This document shows positions 1 to 10,553 of a stretch of DNA of 64,000 nt, one piece after another; positions within the stretch are counted from its first letter, which is position 1; each line of letters starts with the position of its first letter. Location: contig OY762463.1 of NCBI GenBank assembly GCA_963665815.1, positions 1,408,001-1,472,000 of the forward strand. Direction: 5' to 3'. The notes below the pieces were generated by a model. The model had not been told where the DNA came from and made no database searches. It saw nothing but the letters and a program-made list of their open reading frames with translations. Position numbers and translations under genes: made by a program. This stretch comes from Candidatus Cloacimonadales bacterium. GTDB taxonomy: Bacteria > Cloacimonadota > Cloacimonadia > Cloacimonadales > JAIOQZ01.

Positions 1-2
1 TT

Positions 3-986
3 TTTGTACTCCTCAATCCTTACTTTAACATTGTGCTGTAGATTCCTGTAGAAAAACATATAGTCATATATATGGAATTCACCATCCTTAAAAATGCCGA
101 GTTTTGCGGGATACTCTTTTGGATCAACATCAGGCACTTTCAGCGTACCTCTTTCAGAGTCTATGTATGTACCGGTAAAATGAGGAATTTCTCTCAATAT
201 CTCACCTGAATAATCAGTGAAACACGCTCCAAGGTTTTTATCTGCATCCACCATATCTGAACTTGTGGACCAGTTCAGAGGATTAATTGAATAGGTAAAC
301 TCAGGGACAATCAGAGACTTCTTTATATTTACAGACTCTGTACTATAACAAATTATACAACCTGTGTCTTTTTCTGATTTTGCAGGTTTTAATAACGGAT
401 TGACTTCAATATCTTCCGGTGTCAGTCTCCAACCAATACAATAGGCTGCGATAAGTCGCTTGTTTAACCCCCTGTCAGTGAACTTCTCTTTCAACAGACG
501 AATTATCATTTCACTTCCCTGACTAAATCCTGCCAGAATAAACGGATCATCGCTTGTTGATAAATAATATCCAAATGCATCCTCTACATCTTCATATGCT
601 TTCATGAAGGCATCATTTACTTTAACATCCTGTGAAATATCATTATATCCTCTGGCTACAAAACAACTGAGACCAACCTGCCTGTAGAATGGTGCATAGA
701 AATCCGAATTACCATCATCATAAATACCTTTCTCCATGTTTATTGCCCCTCTAAACCTTTTTCTCAGTTCCTCGTTATTCAGAGGCATATTATATAAAGA
801 ATCATTCCCAAAAAATACTGTAGGAGCAACAAAAAAAATATCAAAACGGTCAGTTGGCTTACCCGGAAAGAATGCCCAGTTATTTTTTTGTGAATAGTCT
901 GTCTCAGCAAAAAGTCCATTAAAGATACCAATAAATGTAACAAATAATGTTAATAACCTGATTGTGGAAAATTTCTTAATTATCAT
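3..986 (-). CDS. DUF3089-family alpha/beta-hydrolase-like protein, secreted; 3' end runs off the window
   Basis: Manual translation from ATG at 986: signal-like N-terminus, DIFFVAPT, FYAPFYRQ, PFILAGFSQG, ending ...YDYMFFYRNLQHNVKVRIEEYK at the window edge. Absent from the ORF track because there is no stop in the window. Confidence 0.8.
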   Translation of the reverse strand, partial: MIIKKFSTIRLLTLFVTFIGIFNGLFAETDYSQKNNWAFFPGKPTDRFDIFFVAPTVFFGNDSLYNMPLNNEELRKRFRGAINMEKGIYDDGNSDFYAPFYRQVGLSCFVARGYNDISQDVKVNDAFMKAYEDVEDAFGYYLSTSDDPFILAGFSQGSEMIIRLLKEKFTDRGLNKRLIAAYCIGWRLTPEDIEVNPLLKPAKSEKDTGCIICYSTESVNIKKSLIVPEFTYSINPLNWSTSSDMVDADKNLGACFTDYSGEILREIPHFTGTYIDSERGTLKVPDVDPKEYPAKLGIFKDGEFHIYDYMFFYRNLQHNVKVRIEEYK

Positions 987-1031
987 TTTTGCCGTTCCCT
1001 TAATGTATTTTAGTATATTGTGACAATAATT

Positions 1032-1892
1032 TTACATGTCAGTTGCTGTTAAAGCAAGTTCTTTCTGTAGAGCTTCTTGAAATATCTGAGTAATATCACT
1101 CATGAATGCAAATTCATAACGGATATCAAGCACATAAGCCTTTATACGCAGTTTTATCTTAGGTTTACCCATGTGTATTTCCTGTTTGAATACGATTGAA
1201 ACAGGCTTCTTAAGATAAGCATAGCGTGATACAACTGCTGACTGATAAGCAATCTTTTTGATACGCTGAAAATCAATATCTGTGTCAAGATAGAATTCTG
1301 CAACAACCTGACAGTTTGTTTCCCCCGAATTACTATTGGAAACAGACTGATTGACTATTTCACTATTGGGAATAGACACAACAGAATCATCCGGGGTTAC
1401 AATTCTGACACTACGCAATCCGATTGTCAGCACTTCCCCATAGAACGAACCTACTTGAATCTTGTCTCCCACCTGGAAAGGTCTGTCAAAGAGAATCATC
1501 ACTCCACCGAATATATTCTTCAGGATATCCTGAGATGCAAAACCGATAGCAATACCTGCGGAGGCAGTCACAGCAACAATTGTCTGGAAAGGCGGTCTGA
1601 GAACACCAACTATAATAATGTATACACTAATTGTCCATCCGATAATTCTTACAATGGGAATAATCCTCTTTATACCGAGACGAAACCTTGTCCAGCGTTC
1701 AGCTATCTTTTCAAATGCACGAGTAAGATATTTCAGCACGAGAGTTGCAATGATAAATATCATTACCGAAACCAGTATCTTCATAATGGAGATATTCCAG
1801 TTGTTTTCTGTATTCACTACTTCCGAAATTGGATTATCTACAGCAGATAGTGTTGATGCAAAACCGAGTATAACAAAAATCAATGATCTCAT
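1032..1892 (-). CDS. mscS: Small-conductance mechanosensitive channel (MscS family)
   Basis: TM helices followed by GFASQDILKNIFGG...DRPFQVGDKI...IGLRSVRI...IPNS. Confidence 0.9.
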   Translation of the reverse strand: MRSLIFVILGFASTLSAVDNPISEVVNTENNWNISIMKILVSVMIFIIATLVLKYLTRAFEKIAERWTRFRLGIKRIIPIVRIIGWTISVYIIIVGVLRPPFQTIVAVTASAGIAIGFASQDILKNIFGGVMILFDRPFQVGDKIQVGSFYGEVLTIGLRSVRIVTPDDSVVSIPNSEIVNQSVSNSNSGETNCQVVAEFYLDTDIDFQRIKKIAYQSAVVSRYAYLKKPVSIVFKQEIHMGKPKIKLRIKAYVLDIRYEFAFMSDITQIFQEALQKELALTATDM

Positions 1893-1900
1893 AATATCTC

Positions 1901-4783
1901 CTAATACAATAGATTCTGCTTATTGAGTGACGAAATTATAGGTCTGTACAAGAATGGATGAATCTGAAATCCTGAGTTGTTTTCTATAATAACACCCTTC
2001 TGTAACAGACTCTTAAGTAGTATTTCTGCAATCTGTTCTTTCATCGTAAGTATATCAGCTAAATCATGAGCATTAAGGTTTTCGTGCTGGAGCAATGCTG
2101 TCAGAGCAAACAGCTCAACAGCCTCCAGATCATGCAGAAAAGACTCCTCAAACCCAATGAGAGGCTTGATAATAACCTTCTCTTTCGTTACTTCTGATAT
2201 TGAGCGCATCCATAACAACAGAGAAACCATAATGTTTCCTCCGCTGATTGTACAGATGTTATCAAAATACAATTTCTGGAGAAAATCCTGTTTTGCCTGC
2301 TCATCGGATAATTTTTTCAACTTCTTATCTACTTGAAGAATCTCTGGTTTACTATAATATAACATATAACCACTTGCACGGTGACGCTTCATTATTATCT
2401 CGAAGATCTCTGTTGGATTCATTCCCGGAAGCTTAACAATAAACCTGAAATGCTTTTCAATATGTATAGCCCGTTGTAAATACAGCCATCCAAAATGATT
2501 TGCAGTCACAATCCAGAAGTAATCCTTCTGGGATAAGTGCATAAGATGAATGAACTTCTCAAGCAAATCAAAACCATCTACTTTCCTGACAAACAACTGG
2601 TGAATGTTCTCACATACAATGATTTTCTTCTGATTGAAATCCAGTTTTTCAATCAAAACATCCAGACTGTCAGTAACCTCAGCCAGAAGTTTTTCAGACA
2701 ATATTTTGGACAGAACTTCTTCGGACTGAATTGTGTCATCAAAGTTTATTACAATAACTTCATGAACACTGTCAATATTATGGAGTGCATTCCGTAACAG
2801 TGAAGTTTTACCTGCCCCCTTCTCACCTATTATCGCTGTCAGACTTGGTTGTGAATTTGCCCAATTGTTATAACTCCTGATCAGATTCTGCAATTCAGAT
2901 TCTCTCGACGAAAAGAATCTTTCATTTTCGAGTGGTTCAACCTTGAACAATCTCTGATAAACAAAAGGCAGGGCATCAATTCTGTTCTTTGTCTCGATCA
3001 GGTATTTTCTTATTCTATCCTGTTTATCTTCATCTGCAGAGGTCAATCCGGCAATACGTCTTAATTCGTTATACTGGTCCTGAATTTTCTCAGATGACTT
3101 GTTAACTAGCTGAGAAAAGAAAGGTAATTGCCTCAAGAAAAACTTTCCGACATTTATTGTACTTCTAATAATCTTTTTCTGTGTCTTTTTTGCTGAAATT
3201 TTCCTGTGTATTTTCCTCAGTTCCGTAAGATCAGTAAGCTTCTCTATGCCTGAAACAGTATTTGTAACCAGGCTGTTGCAATTCTCCATTACATTCTTAA
3301 CAAGGTTATTAGCGTCATTCTGTATTTGCTCTGACTGATTTTTTGCTCTGAGAAATCCTTCTTTAAGAACAGAGACTGCGAATTCCAGGTCATTCTCCTT
3401 GAGGAACTTCTCTTCAGCAGCTTCAGAATTGTAGTTTATCACCTCATCAATTTCTACGAGTGAACGCAGCATTCTTTCTTTGAGATTAATATTGTCATTA
3501 AGACTCTGATTGAAAGTATTCTTAATCTTATCGAAAATCAAAAGAGATACAAGATCTTTCATGAAGAAGGTAAATTTATTTTTTTTCTTTTTTCTTAAAA
3601 CAGGAAATTCCTGAAAAATCTCAATAGATTCAGGAAAGGTATTTATTTCTGACTCTATTTCATCAACAACATTCTTCCATAATTTATTCAAGTCTATTCT
3701 GTTGATTGCATCGAGAATCTTTGGCTGAATAGTTTCTCTCAATTCCCTGATAAGCGGGAAGACCTGTTCTTTCAGGAAGTTGTGAAACTCAGATTCTGTA
3801 ATATCATTCAGTTTTGTTTCTGCTGATTCAATTTTATCAAGCATTATCTGCATTTTCGGTAGAATATCTTTCTCTAATCGAGCATTCAGCTCAACACTTT
3901 TCCTCTCAAGCACGCTCCGATTCAGGAGATTGTTCCTGCAGCCCAGTACGCTTTTCTCAAACAGATTCAGACAAAGCATCGTATGCTCTGTCATCTCTCG
4001 GCTTTCGGATTTAAACTTCTTTTCCAGTTGTTTATAATGCTTTTTCAGCTTAAATGCCGAATAACTCCTGTAAGAATTAAAAACTGTATCCGCCCACTTA
4101 TAATTCTCTGATAAGAAACCTGCTTTCAAAGAAATATACTCGCTCCATCGCGTTGGTGCCTGAGAAATCCATAACTTAAACTCATCAAACTTCTGCCTAA
4201 GCTCAGATGATTCCTTACTGCTCTCATCAGACAGTTCTAAAAAATCTATAAGAACAGCCTCAATCAATAAGTCTTCTCTCTTCAGGAGCTCTTTGTATTC
4301 AAAGAAAATAAACTCCATTGATATCGGTACAAGAAATTTATCTAAAAACTTATGGATATTAGTAACTCGCAGAGTTGGAGAAAACTCGTTTTCTGATTTT
4401 GAAGATTTCTTTTTCAGGTTAAAGAAAAATCTATTCATTCCCTGTTTGCTCTTATGTTGCAGATTCCATAATTTGCGAAAAAAACTATTATCAATTTCAG
4501 TAGGATATTCTCTGACGTGTTTTTCATCCAACCCTGATTTCCATGAATCAACCTGTTTAATGTAATCAGACACTAATTCTATTGAATCAGCGACACTATC
4601 CTTGTTTTTCAGTTTTTTAAGTAACTTCAGCAATTTGTTATAGACTACAACAGAATTCTGTTCGTCTGTCTGCTCCACAAGACTGATCACTTCCTCAACA
4701 GTATCAATTTCTGAAAATGATACACCTGTATTAATTTTTTTACAGTAATCTTCAATAATCTTTCCGATAAACTCGTTATCCAT
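1901..4783 (-). CDS. Large P-loop NTPase (AAA/STAND-like) with long helical N-terminus, co-oriented with mscS
   Basis: Walker A GEKGAGKT, Walker-B-like IIVCENIH, SGGNI motif and possible C-terminal winged helix; 8 bp upstream of mscS. Confidence 0.7.
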   Translation of the reverse strand: MDNEFIGKIIEDYCKKINTGVSFSEIDTVEEVISLVEQTDEQNSVVVYNKLLKLLKKLKNKDSVADSIELVSDYIKQVDSWKSGLDEKHVREYPTEIDNSFFRKLWNLQHKSKQGMNRFFFNLKKKSSKSENEFSPTLRVTNIHKFLDKFLVPISMEFIFFEYKELLKREDLLIEAVLIDFLELSDESSKESSELRQKFDEFKLWISQAPTRWSEYISLKAGFLSENYKWADTVFNSYRSYSAFKLKKHYKQLEKKFKSESREMTEHTMLCLNLFEKSVLGCRNNLLNRSVLERKSVELNARLEKDILPKMQIMLDKIESAETKLNDITESEFHNFLKEQVFPLIRELRETIQPKILDAINRIDLNKLWKNVVDEIESEINTFPESIEIFQEFPVLRKKKKNKFTFFMKDLVSLLIFDKIKNTFNQSLNDNINLKERMLRSLVEIDEVINYNSEAAEEKFLKENDLEFAVSVLKEGFLRAKNQSEQIQNDANNLVKNVMENCNSLVTNTVSGIEKLTDLTELRKIHRKISAKKTQKKIIRSTINVGKFFLRQLPFFSQLVNKSSEKIQDQYNELRRIAGLTSADEDKQDRIRKYLIETKNRIDALPFVYQRLFKVEPLENERFFSSRESELQNLIRSYNNWANSQPSLTAIIGEKGAGKTSLLRNALHNIDSVHEVIVINFDDTIQSEEVLSKILSEKLLAEVTDSLDVLIEKLDFNQKKIIVCENIHQLFVRKVDGFDLLEKFIHLMHLSQKDYFWIVTANHFGWLYLQRAIHIEKHFRFIVKLPGMNPTEIFEIIMKRHRASGYMLYYSKPEILQVDKKLKKLSDEQAKQDFLQKLYFDNICTISGGNIMVSLLLWMRSISEVTKEKVIIKPLIGFEESFLHDLEAVELFALTALLQHENLNAHDLADILTMKEQIAEILLKSLLQKGVIIENNSGFQIHPFLYRPIISSLNKQNLLY

Positions 4784-5030
4784 TTATCCTCCAGTCCGAA
4801 TAGAATAAATAAAATGGGATTAAAAGCAAAATTAATAATAGCAAATAGTGAGTTGTTTTCAGTATATTGTCAATAAAATTGCATAGATTAAACCTGGTTT
4901 CCATGTAACACAAGTTACATCACTAAAAAAAACTTATTGCCATTCTTGACTCAAAAGCAAAGCTTTGTTTTATTGATTAAATATAGTATTATGGGTAGTT
5001 ATATTTAAAACTACTTAATCAGGAGATAAA

Positions 5031-5234
5031 ATGAATTGTGAAAACTCAGCTCGTAATAAGCAGAACTGCAATTGCTCTTACCCTTGCAGTAAGAAAGGTG
5101 TCTGCTGTGAATGCATCAGCTATCACCGTTCAATGAAACAGCTTCCGGCATGCTATTTCCCGGATGATGCTGAAAAAACTTATGACAGAAGTATAAAACA
5201 TTTTGTTGAATTATATAAACAGGGAAGGATTTAG
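5031..5234 (+). CDS. Small Cys-rich protein (DUF6485-like)
   Basis: [28 protein letters not shown]...LPACYF...EKTYDRS pattern. Confidence 0.75.
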   Translation: MNCENSARNKQNCNCSYPCSKKGVCCECISYHRSMKQLPACYFPDDAEKTYDRSIKHFVELYKQGRI

Positions 5235-5245
5235 GATACCCCAAA

Positions 5246-6454
5246 ATGGAAAAACATTTTTGCACAGTAGAACAGGCAATAGAAGATATTAAAAACGGTA
5301 AATTCGTAATAGTTGTTGATGATGAAAACAGAGAAAATGAAGGTGATTTAATCTGTTCAGGAGAACTTATAACTCCTCAGATGGTTAACTTCATGATTTC
5401 TAAAGCAAGAGGTCTGGTTTGCGTACCGGTCAGCAAAGAAATTGCTGAAAGGCTCAACATTCCGCTCATGACAGATGAAATAACTGAAAAACATGGCACT
5501 AAGTTCACTATATCAATTGATGCGAAAAAGAATACTACAACAGGTATTTCCGCTTCAGACAGATATGAGACTATCAAACAAATGACTGATGAATCTACCG
5601 AGGAAAATGATTTTGTAAGACCGGGCCATATTTTCCCACTTATTGCAGAACCGGGTGGAGTTCTTAAAAGAACCGGTCATACGGAAGCAGCTGTAGACCT
5701 TATGCAGTTTGCCGGACTTAAAAAAGTTGGAGTTATCTGCGAAATTATAAAAGATGATGGTGAAATGGCAAGAATGCCTGATTTAGTCAAATATTCTGTT
5801 GAACATGGAATAAACATTCTGACAATCCAGGAGCTGATTCAATACCGTCGTAAAACAGAAAAGCTCATCAAGAAAAGCTCTGAAGCCGAACTTCCGACAA
5901 AATTCGGAACATTCCGTATTGCTACTTATGAAAGTCTTGTCTCGAACGAATACCACATCGCACTTGTAAAAGGTGATGTACAGGGAAAAGAAAACATTCT
6001 TGTGAGAGTGCACTCGGAATGTCTGACAGGTGATGCACTTTTTTCGAATAGATGTGACTGTGGAGAGCAATTAGAATGGGCTTTCAAACGAATTGAAAAA
6101 GAAGGTAAAGGCGTTATATTATACATGAAACAGGAAGGAAGGGGAATCGGACTTCTTGCTAAAATACAGGCATATCATCTTCAGGATCACGGAAGAGATA
6201 CTGTCGAAGCTAATCTGGAACTTGGATACGAATCTGACATGAGAGATTATGGAATTGGAGCACAGATCCTTAAGGATCTCGGGCTTCATAAAATTCGTCT
6301 CATAACAAATAATCCAAAGAAACTCGTTGGACTAAGCGGATATGATCTTGAAATATCCGAAAGAGTCCCAGTAGAAATAGAGCCTAACAAAGATAACAAA
6401 AAGTATCTGACAACAAAGAAAGAAAAAATGGGTCATATGCTTAAACATCTCTGA
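5246..6454 (+). CDS. ribBA: Bifunctional 3,4-dihydroxy-2-butanone-4-phosphate synthase / GTP cyclohydrolase II
   Basis: DDENRENEGD, RPGHIFPL, GHTEA, VRVHSECLTGD, RCDCGEQL, QEGRGIGL, TNNPKK. Confidence 0.97.
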   Translation: MEKHFCTVEQAIEDIKNGKFVIVVDDENRENEGDLICSGELITPQMVNFMISKARGLVCVPVSKEIAERLNIPLMTDEITEKHGTKFTISIDAKKNTTTGISASDRYETIKQMTDESTEENDFVRPGHIFPLIAEPGGVLKRTGHTEAAVDLMQFAGLKKVGVICEIIKDDGEMARMPDLVKYSVEHGINILTIQELIQYRRKTEKLIKKSSEAELPTKFGTFRIATYESLVSNEYHIALVKGDVQGKENILVRVHSECLTGDALFSNRCDCGEQLEWAFKRIEKEGKGVILYMKQEGRGIGLLAKIQAYHLQDHGRDTVEANLELGYESDMRDYGIGAQILKDLGLHKIRLITNNPKKLVGLSGYDLEISERVPVEIEPNKDNKKYLTTKKEKMGHMLKHL

Positions 6455-6466
6455 TATGGAGGATAA

Positions 6467-7048
6467 ATGGTTTTTCTCAAAGCATTATGTCTTTTAATTC
6501 TGAACACCGGTCTCGGCTGGCTGTTTGTATTTGCAATTAAAACATTCTTTTTCTATCCGCGAAAACCGTTATATCTTGGTAAGAAAAGAATACCCTTTAC
6601 TCCCGGATTTCTCCATAGAAAACATGAGCTTTACATGAGTAAATTGCATAAGTGGATTGAGGAGTTCTGGTCTGCTATTAACGATGAAAACAATGCAGAT
6701 ACATACATTTACAAATGGGAACAGAAAGCATATGATATTGTCTGGGAAAAACTGAATGCCCTTAACAGGATAAAGTATCTGCCCGGTGTAATTGTCTTCA
6801 ATATCAGAAAATTCGTTGCACTGCTAATTTTCGAAATAGTGAAACAGTTTTTCAGGAACTTCGTTCCATATCTGGCAGAGAAGTACGAAATACAGCTGAA
6901 AATAGATGAAATCTGTGCAAAAATTGATGTTGATACTGCACTTTATTTCTTTAACAAATATGTATACAGGTATTTATGGTTCTTCTTCGTCGGTTTTGCT
7001 ACTCTGGTAGGATTTTATAACTTTGTTCTCTTTTTAATCCTGCATTAA
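6467..7048 (+). CDS. Membrane protein, DUF445-like N-terminus
   Basis: GGAGG RBS; AIKTFFFYPRKP...IPFTPG pattern; terminal TM helices. Confidence 0.55.
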   Translation: MVFLKALCLLILNTGLGWLFVFAIKTFFFYPRKPLYLGKKRIPFTPGFLHRKHELYMSKLHKWIEEFWSAINDENNADTYIYKWEQKAYDIVWEKLNALNRIKYLPGVIVFNIRKFVALLIFEIVKQFFRNFVPYLAEKYEIQLKIDEICAKIDVDTALYFFNKYVYRYLWFFFVGFATLVGFYNFVLFLILH

Positions 7049-7136
7049 ACGCAGATTTTCCGGTCTTGAACAGTATTATACTCTGAGACCGTGATATATT
7101 TTTTATGGTTGAAATTTAATTAAAGAGGTTTTTATA

Positions 7137-8465
7137 ATGAAAAAAACATCCGTTATTACAATAGTACTAATGTTGATTATTGGGATTTGTTCCGCAGAGA
7201 CATACGATCTTGATCAGGTAATCAGAACCGGTCTGGAAAACGTTTTGGACTATAAACTTGAACTGCTGAACTCTAAGTACAGTGAACAGCAGATGACACA
7301 GAGCATTATTGACCTGTTTCCAAGCTTATCTGCATCTTATAGCTATGATTTTTCGGGAGAAAAGAGCTTCTTTGACATGCCCCGTAAAACTACATCCATG
7401 ACAACAGAATCTGTTGATTCTGTCTGGGTCAGCAGACGTTCAGGAACTATTGATGCTGCCAGTTTTGGATATTCCATTTCAAAGAGTATTTCCCTGAATG
7501 ATCAGGCTATCTTTGGATATCTAACATCAAAAAATGATCTTAAACAGTCAAAAATCAGTGAAGTTCAGAAGAAGAAAGATGTCGTTTATACAATACTGTC
7601 AAAATACCTGAATGTTGTTGAAGGTCAGAATGCTCTGAGAATCAGACAGGAAAACCTCAATCTTGAGGAAAAAGTTTTTCAGGAAACAAAAATGCTTTTT
7701 GAAACTGACAGAAAAACATCTCTTGATTTGAAACAGGCTGAAATTTCACTGATTAATGCAAAAATAAGTCTTACCGATCAGTTTAATTCATATAGAAAAT
7801 TGAGAGAAGATCTTCTTCATTATGTCGGTTTACCGGTAGATTCTGTGTATTTCAGTGACCCACAGGTAGAAATAAAGACATCTGCTCCCGAATATAACTT
7901 ATCTAACAGTATGAAGATATCTGAGCTTGAACTGAAAAACAGAAAACTCACAACATTGCAGAACAGTTTATCAATTATACCGTCACTCTCATTAAGCTAT
8001 CACTTCAGTGAATCGGAAGATTACGAGCAGATCAATGATTTTCTCGGACTAAACATGAAAGATGGAGGATTCAGTGTAGGATTAAGCCTTTCATACAACT
8101 TTACAGATTCATATAGAGATATTACAAACAACATATACACAAAAAATATTTTGAAGCATGCGGAAAAGCAGTTTAAGTATGACAGAGAACAGGAACGTAT
8201 TGAGTATGAGCAGCTCCTGAAAGACTGGAAAAACCTGAAGCATACATATGAACTTTCTACTGAAAGACTCAAACTTGCTGAAGAGAATTTTAACATGTCA
8301 CAGGAAAAATACAATCTTGGGATGCTCAGTATGATTGATCTTGATAATGCCAAAATTACTCTGCTGAATGCTAAGCTTTCTCATAACTCCACATATTACT
8401 CACTTATAAAGAAATATGAAGAGCTGAACCTGCATGTTTCCGGATTATTACTTGGAAAATACTAA
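7137..8465 (+). CDS. TolC-family outer-membrane efflux protein
   Basis: Signal peptide, two OEP-like repeats (FPSLSASYS / IPSLSLSY; AEENFNMSQEKYNLGMLSMIDL). Confidence 0.85.
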   Translation: MKKTSVITIVLMLIIGICSAETYDLDQVIRTGLENVLDYKLELLNSKYSEQQMTQSIIDLFPSLSASYSYDFSGEKSFFDMPRKTTSMTTESVDSVWVSRRSGTIDAASFGYSISKSISLNDQAIFGYLTSKNDLKQSKISEVQKKKDVVYTILSKYLNVVEGQNALRIRQENLNLEEKVFQETKMLFETDRKTSLDLKQAEISLINAKISLTDQFNSYRKLREDLLHYVGLPVDSVYFSDPQVEIKTSAPEYNLSNSMKISELELKNRKLTTLQNSLSIIPSLSLSYHFSESEDYEQINDFLGLNMKDGGFSVGLSLSYNFTDSYRDITNNIYTKNILKHAEKQFKYDREQERIEYEQLLKDWKNLKHTYELSTERLKLAEENFNMSQEKYNLGMLSMIDLDNAKITLLNAKLSHNSTYYSLIKKYEELNLHVSGLLLGKY

Positions 8466-8477
8466 CAGGAGATATAA

Positions 8478-9602
8478 ATGAAGAAATTTGTCGTATTCTT
8501 AATTGTTGCAGCTGTACTGGGAGCAGGATATTTTTTCATCCTCAAACCACAGCTTGGCAAAAAGAAAATGAATGAAGTTAACGCAAAAATGTTTGGGATG
8601 AAGAAACGTGATGTAACCGTAAAGAAAGGTGAAATCACCGTTAAAATCGAGGAAACAGGAACAATCCAACCAATTCGTGAGATTAATATTACTTCTCAGG
8701 TTGGTGGTAAACTTGTTCGTTTCTATGTTGATGAAGGTGATTTCGTAAATAAAGGTGACCTTATCGCTGATATAGAACCTGACTACGAACAGTCTGCATC
8801 AATATCCAATAAGAAGAGTTCATATAATCGAGCAAAAATTTCTCAGAAAAATGCAAAAGAAGATTATGAGAACAACTTAAGTCTTTTTAAAGATAATTAT
8901 ATTTCTAAGAAAGATCTTGATGATTCCAAGGATGAACTTGATCAGGCAATCATTAATTTTGAGATTGCAGAACAGCAATACAACCTTGTAAAAGAAATAG
9001 AGATCGAAAATAATATTTCCAAAGTCTATGCAACAGCATCTGGAACTATCATTAAAAGACAGGTTGAAGAAGGTGAAATGGTAAGATCAAACATTGGATC
9101 TTATTCAGAAGGAACTGTACTGATCGTTCTTGCTGACCTTCAGCAAATGATTGTAAAATCATCCATAAATGAGATTGATATTGCTAAAATCAGCAAAAAT
9201 CAACAAGTACAGATTCAGGTCGATGCTTTCCCTTATGAGAAGTTTAGTGGAGAAATAAATAAAGTCTCAGCTATGGCTGTTTCAGAAAATAATGTTAAGG
9301 TATTCCCGATTGAAATTCAGATTTCTAATTCTGATTCAAGACTGAGACCGGGCATGAGTGCTAATGTTACAATAATTGGTGAAACAAGAAAAGATATTCT
9401 CGTTATACCAATAAGAGCAATCTTTTCAGACGGAGAAGGTAATGACATCGTATACCAGATAAAAAGCGATTCATTAACTACTCAAACTGTTGTAAAAACA
9501 GGATTAAACGATCTGCTTAAGGTTGAAATTGTATCTGGGTTACAGGAAGGAGATAAGCTTTCATTATCAAAACCTGTAAGGAGACCTTCTAAAAAAATGT
9601 AA
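8478..9602 (+). CDS. Periplasmic adaptor (MFP, MacA/RND type)
   Basis: N-terminal TM, lipoyl halves (VDEGDFVNKGDLIA; ATASGTII...VEEGEMV), LRPGMSANV. Confidence 0.9.
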   Translation: MKKFVVFLIVAAVLGAGYFFILKPQLGKKKMNEVNAKMFGMKKRDVTVKKGEITVKIEETGTIQPIREINITSQVGGKLVRFYVDEGDFVNKGDLIADIEPDYEQSASISNKKSSYNRAKISQKNAKEDYENNLSLFKDNYISKKDLDDSKDELDQAIINFEIAEQQYNLVKEIEIENNISKVYATASGTIIKRQVEEGEMVRSNIGSYSEGTVLIVLADLQQMIVKSSINEIDIAKISKNQQVQIQVDAFPYEKFSGEINKVSAMAVSENNVKVFPIEIQISNSDSRLRPGMSANVTIIGETRKDILVIPIRAIFSDGEGNDIVYQIKSDSLTTQTVVKTGLNDLLKVEIVSGLQEGDKLSLSKPVRRPSKKM

Positions 9603-9617
9603 GAGAAAAGGAGACAC

Positions 9618-10553
9618 TTGATGATTCAACTTCAAGATCTTGTAAAGGATTATGGAGATGTACGGGCAGTAGACCGTATCAATTTTGAAATCAGAAAAGG
9701 GGAAATCCTGGGATTTCTCGGACCAAATGGTGCCGGAAAGTCCACAACCCTTAAAACTTTAACATGTTACCTGAATCCGACATCAGGTAATATATTCGTC
9801 GGTGATTATAACATTAACGAACATTCTCAGCAAATCAGAAAAATGATAGGTTATTTACCTGAAAATAACCCATTGTATACTGATATGACAGTATATGATT
9901 TTCTAATTTTTGTTTCTGAAGCAAGAGAAATTCCATCTTCGGAGATTAAACAGAACTTGAAAAAAGTTGTTCTGAAAACAGGTTTATCCAGTGTAATCTC
10001 CAAACCTATTCATGCCCTTTCAAAGGGTTATCGCCAGAGAGTAGGACTTGCTCAGGCAATTCTGCATAATCCACAGATTCTTGTTCTCGATGAGCCTACA
10101 ACGGGACTTGATCCGAATCAGATTGTCGAGATAAGAGAACTGATTAAAGAACTGGGTAAGGACAAGACTCTGATTATTTCAAGCCACATTCTTCAGGAAG
10201 TTCAGGCTGTCTGCGATAGAATTGTTATTATTGATAAAGGTAAAATCGTTGCTGACGGTTCAACTGAACAGCTTAAATCAGGGCATCAGGAAAAAACAAC
10301 AATCAAACTGGAACTTACCGGAGATCTCGAAGGTATAAGAAATACTTTCACTCAACTACCCGGTATTGAAGTTGAAGTTCTTTCAAGTTCAGATATATCA
10401 CACATGTTGAATCTGCACTATGCAGATAAAGCTGACAGAAGAACTGAAATATATAATGTCATTAAATCTCAGCCATGGCAATTACTTGAAATGCAGAGAG
10501 AGAAAGTTTCTCTTGAAGACGTATTCAGATCACTTACAGGCAGGAGGGATTAA
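9618..10553 (+). CDS. ABC transporter ATP-binding protein (GldA-like)
   Basis: GPNGAGKST, LSKGYRQRVGLAQA, LVLDEPTTGLDPNQ, SSHIL. Confidence 0.92.
   Translation: MMIQLQDLVKDYGDVRAVDRINFEIRKGEILGFLGPNGAGKSTTLKTLTCYLNPTSGNIFVGDYNINEHSQQIRKMIGYLPENNPLYTDMTVYDFLIFVSEAREIPSSEIKQNLKKVVLKTGLSSVISKPIHALSKGYRQRVGLAQAILHNPQILVLDEPTTGLDPNQIVEIRELIKELGKDKTLIISSHILQEVQAVCDRIVIIDKGKIVADGSTEQLKSGHQEKTTIKLELTGDLEGIRNTFTQLPGIEVEVLSSSDISHMLNLHYADKADRRTEIYNVIKSQPWQLLEMQREKVSLEDVFRSLTGRRD

Noticed and set aside
4784-5245. FMN riboswitch upstream of ribBA
   Set aside because: The region is very AT-rich, and I could not find the conserved AGGGCGGGG / GAAATTCCCGACCG-type blocks.
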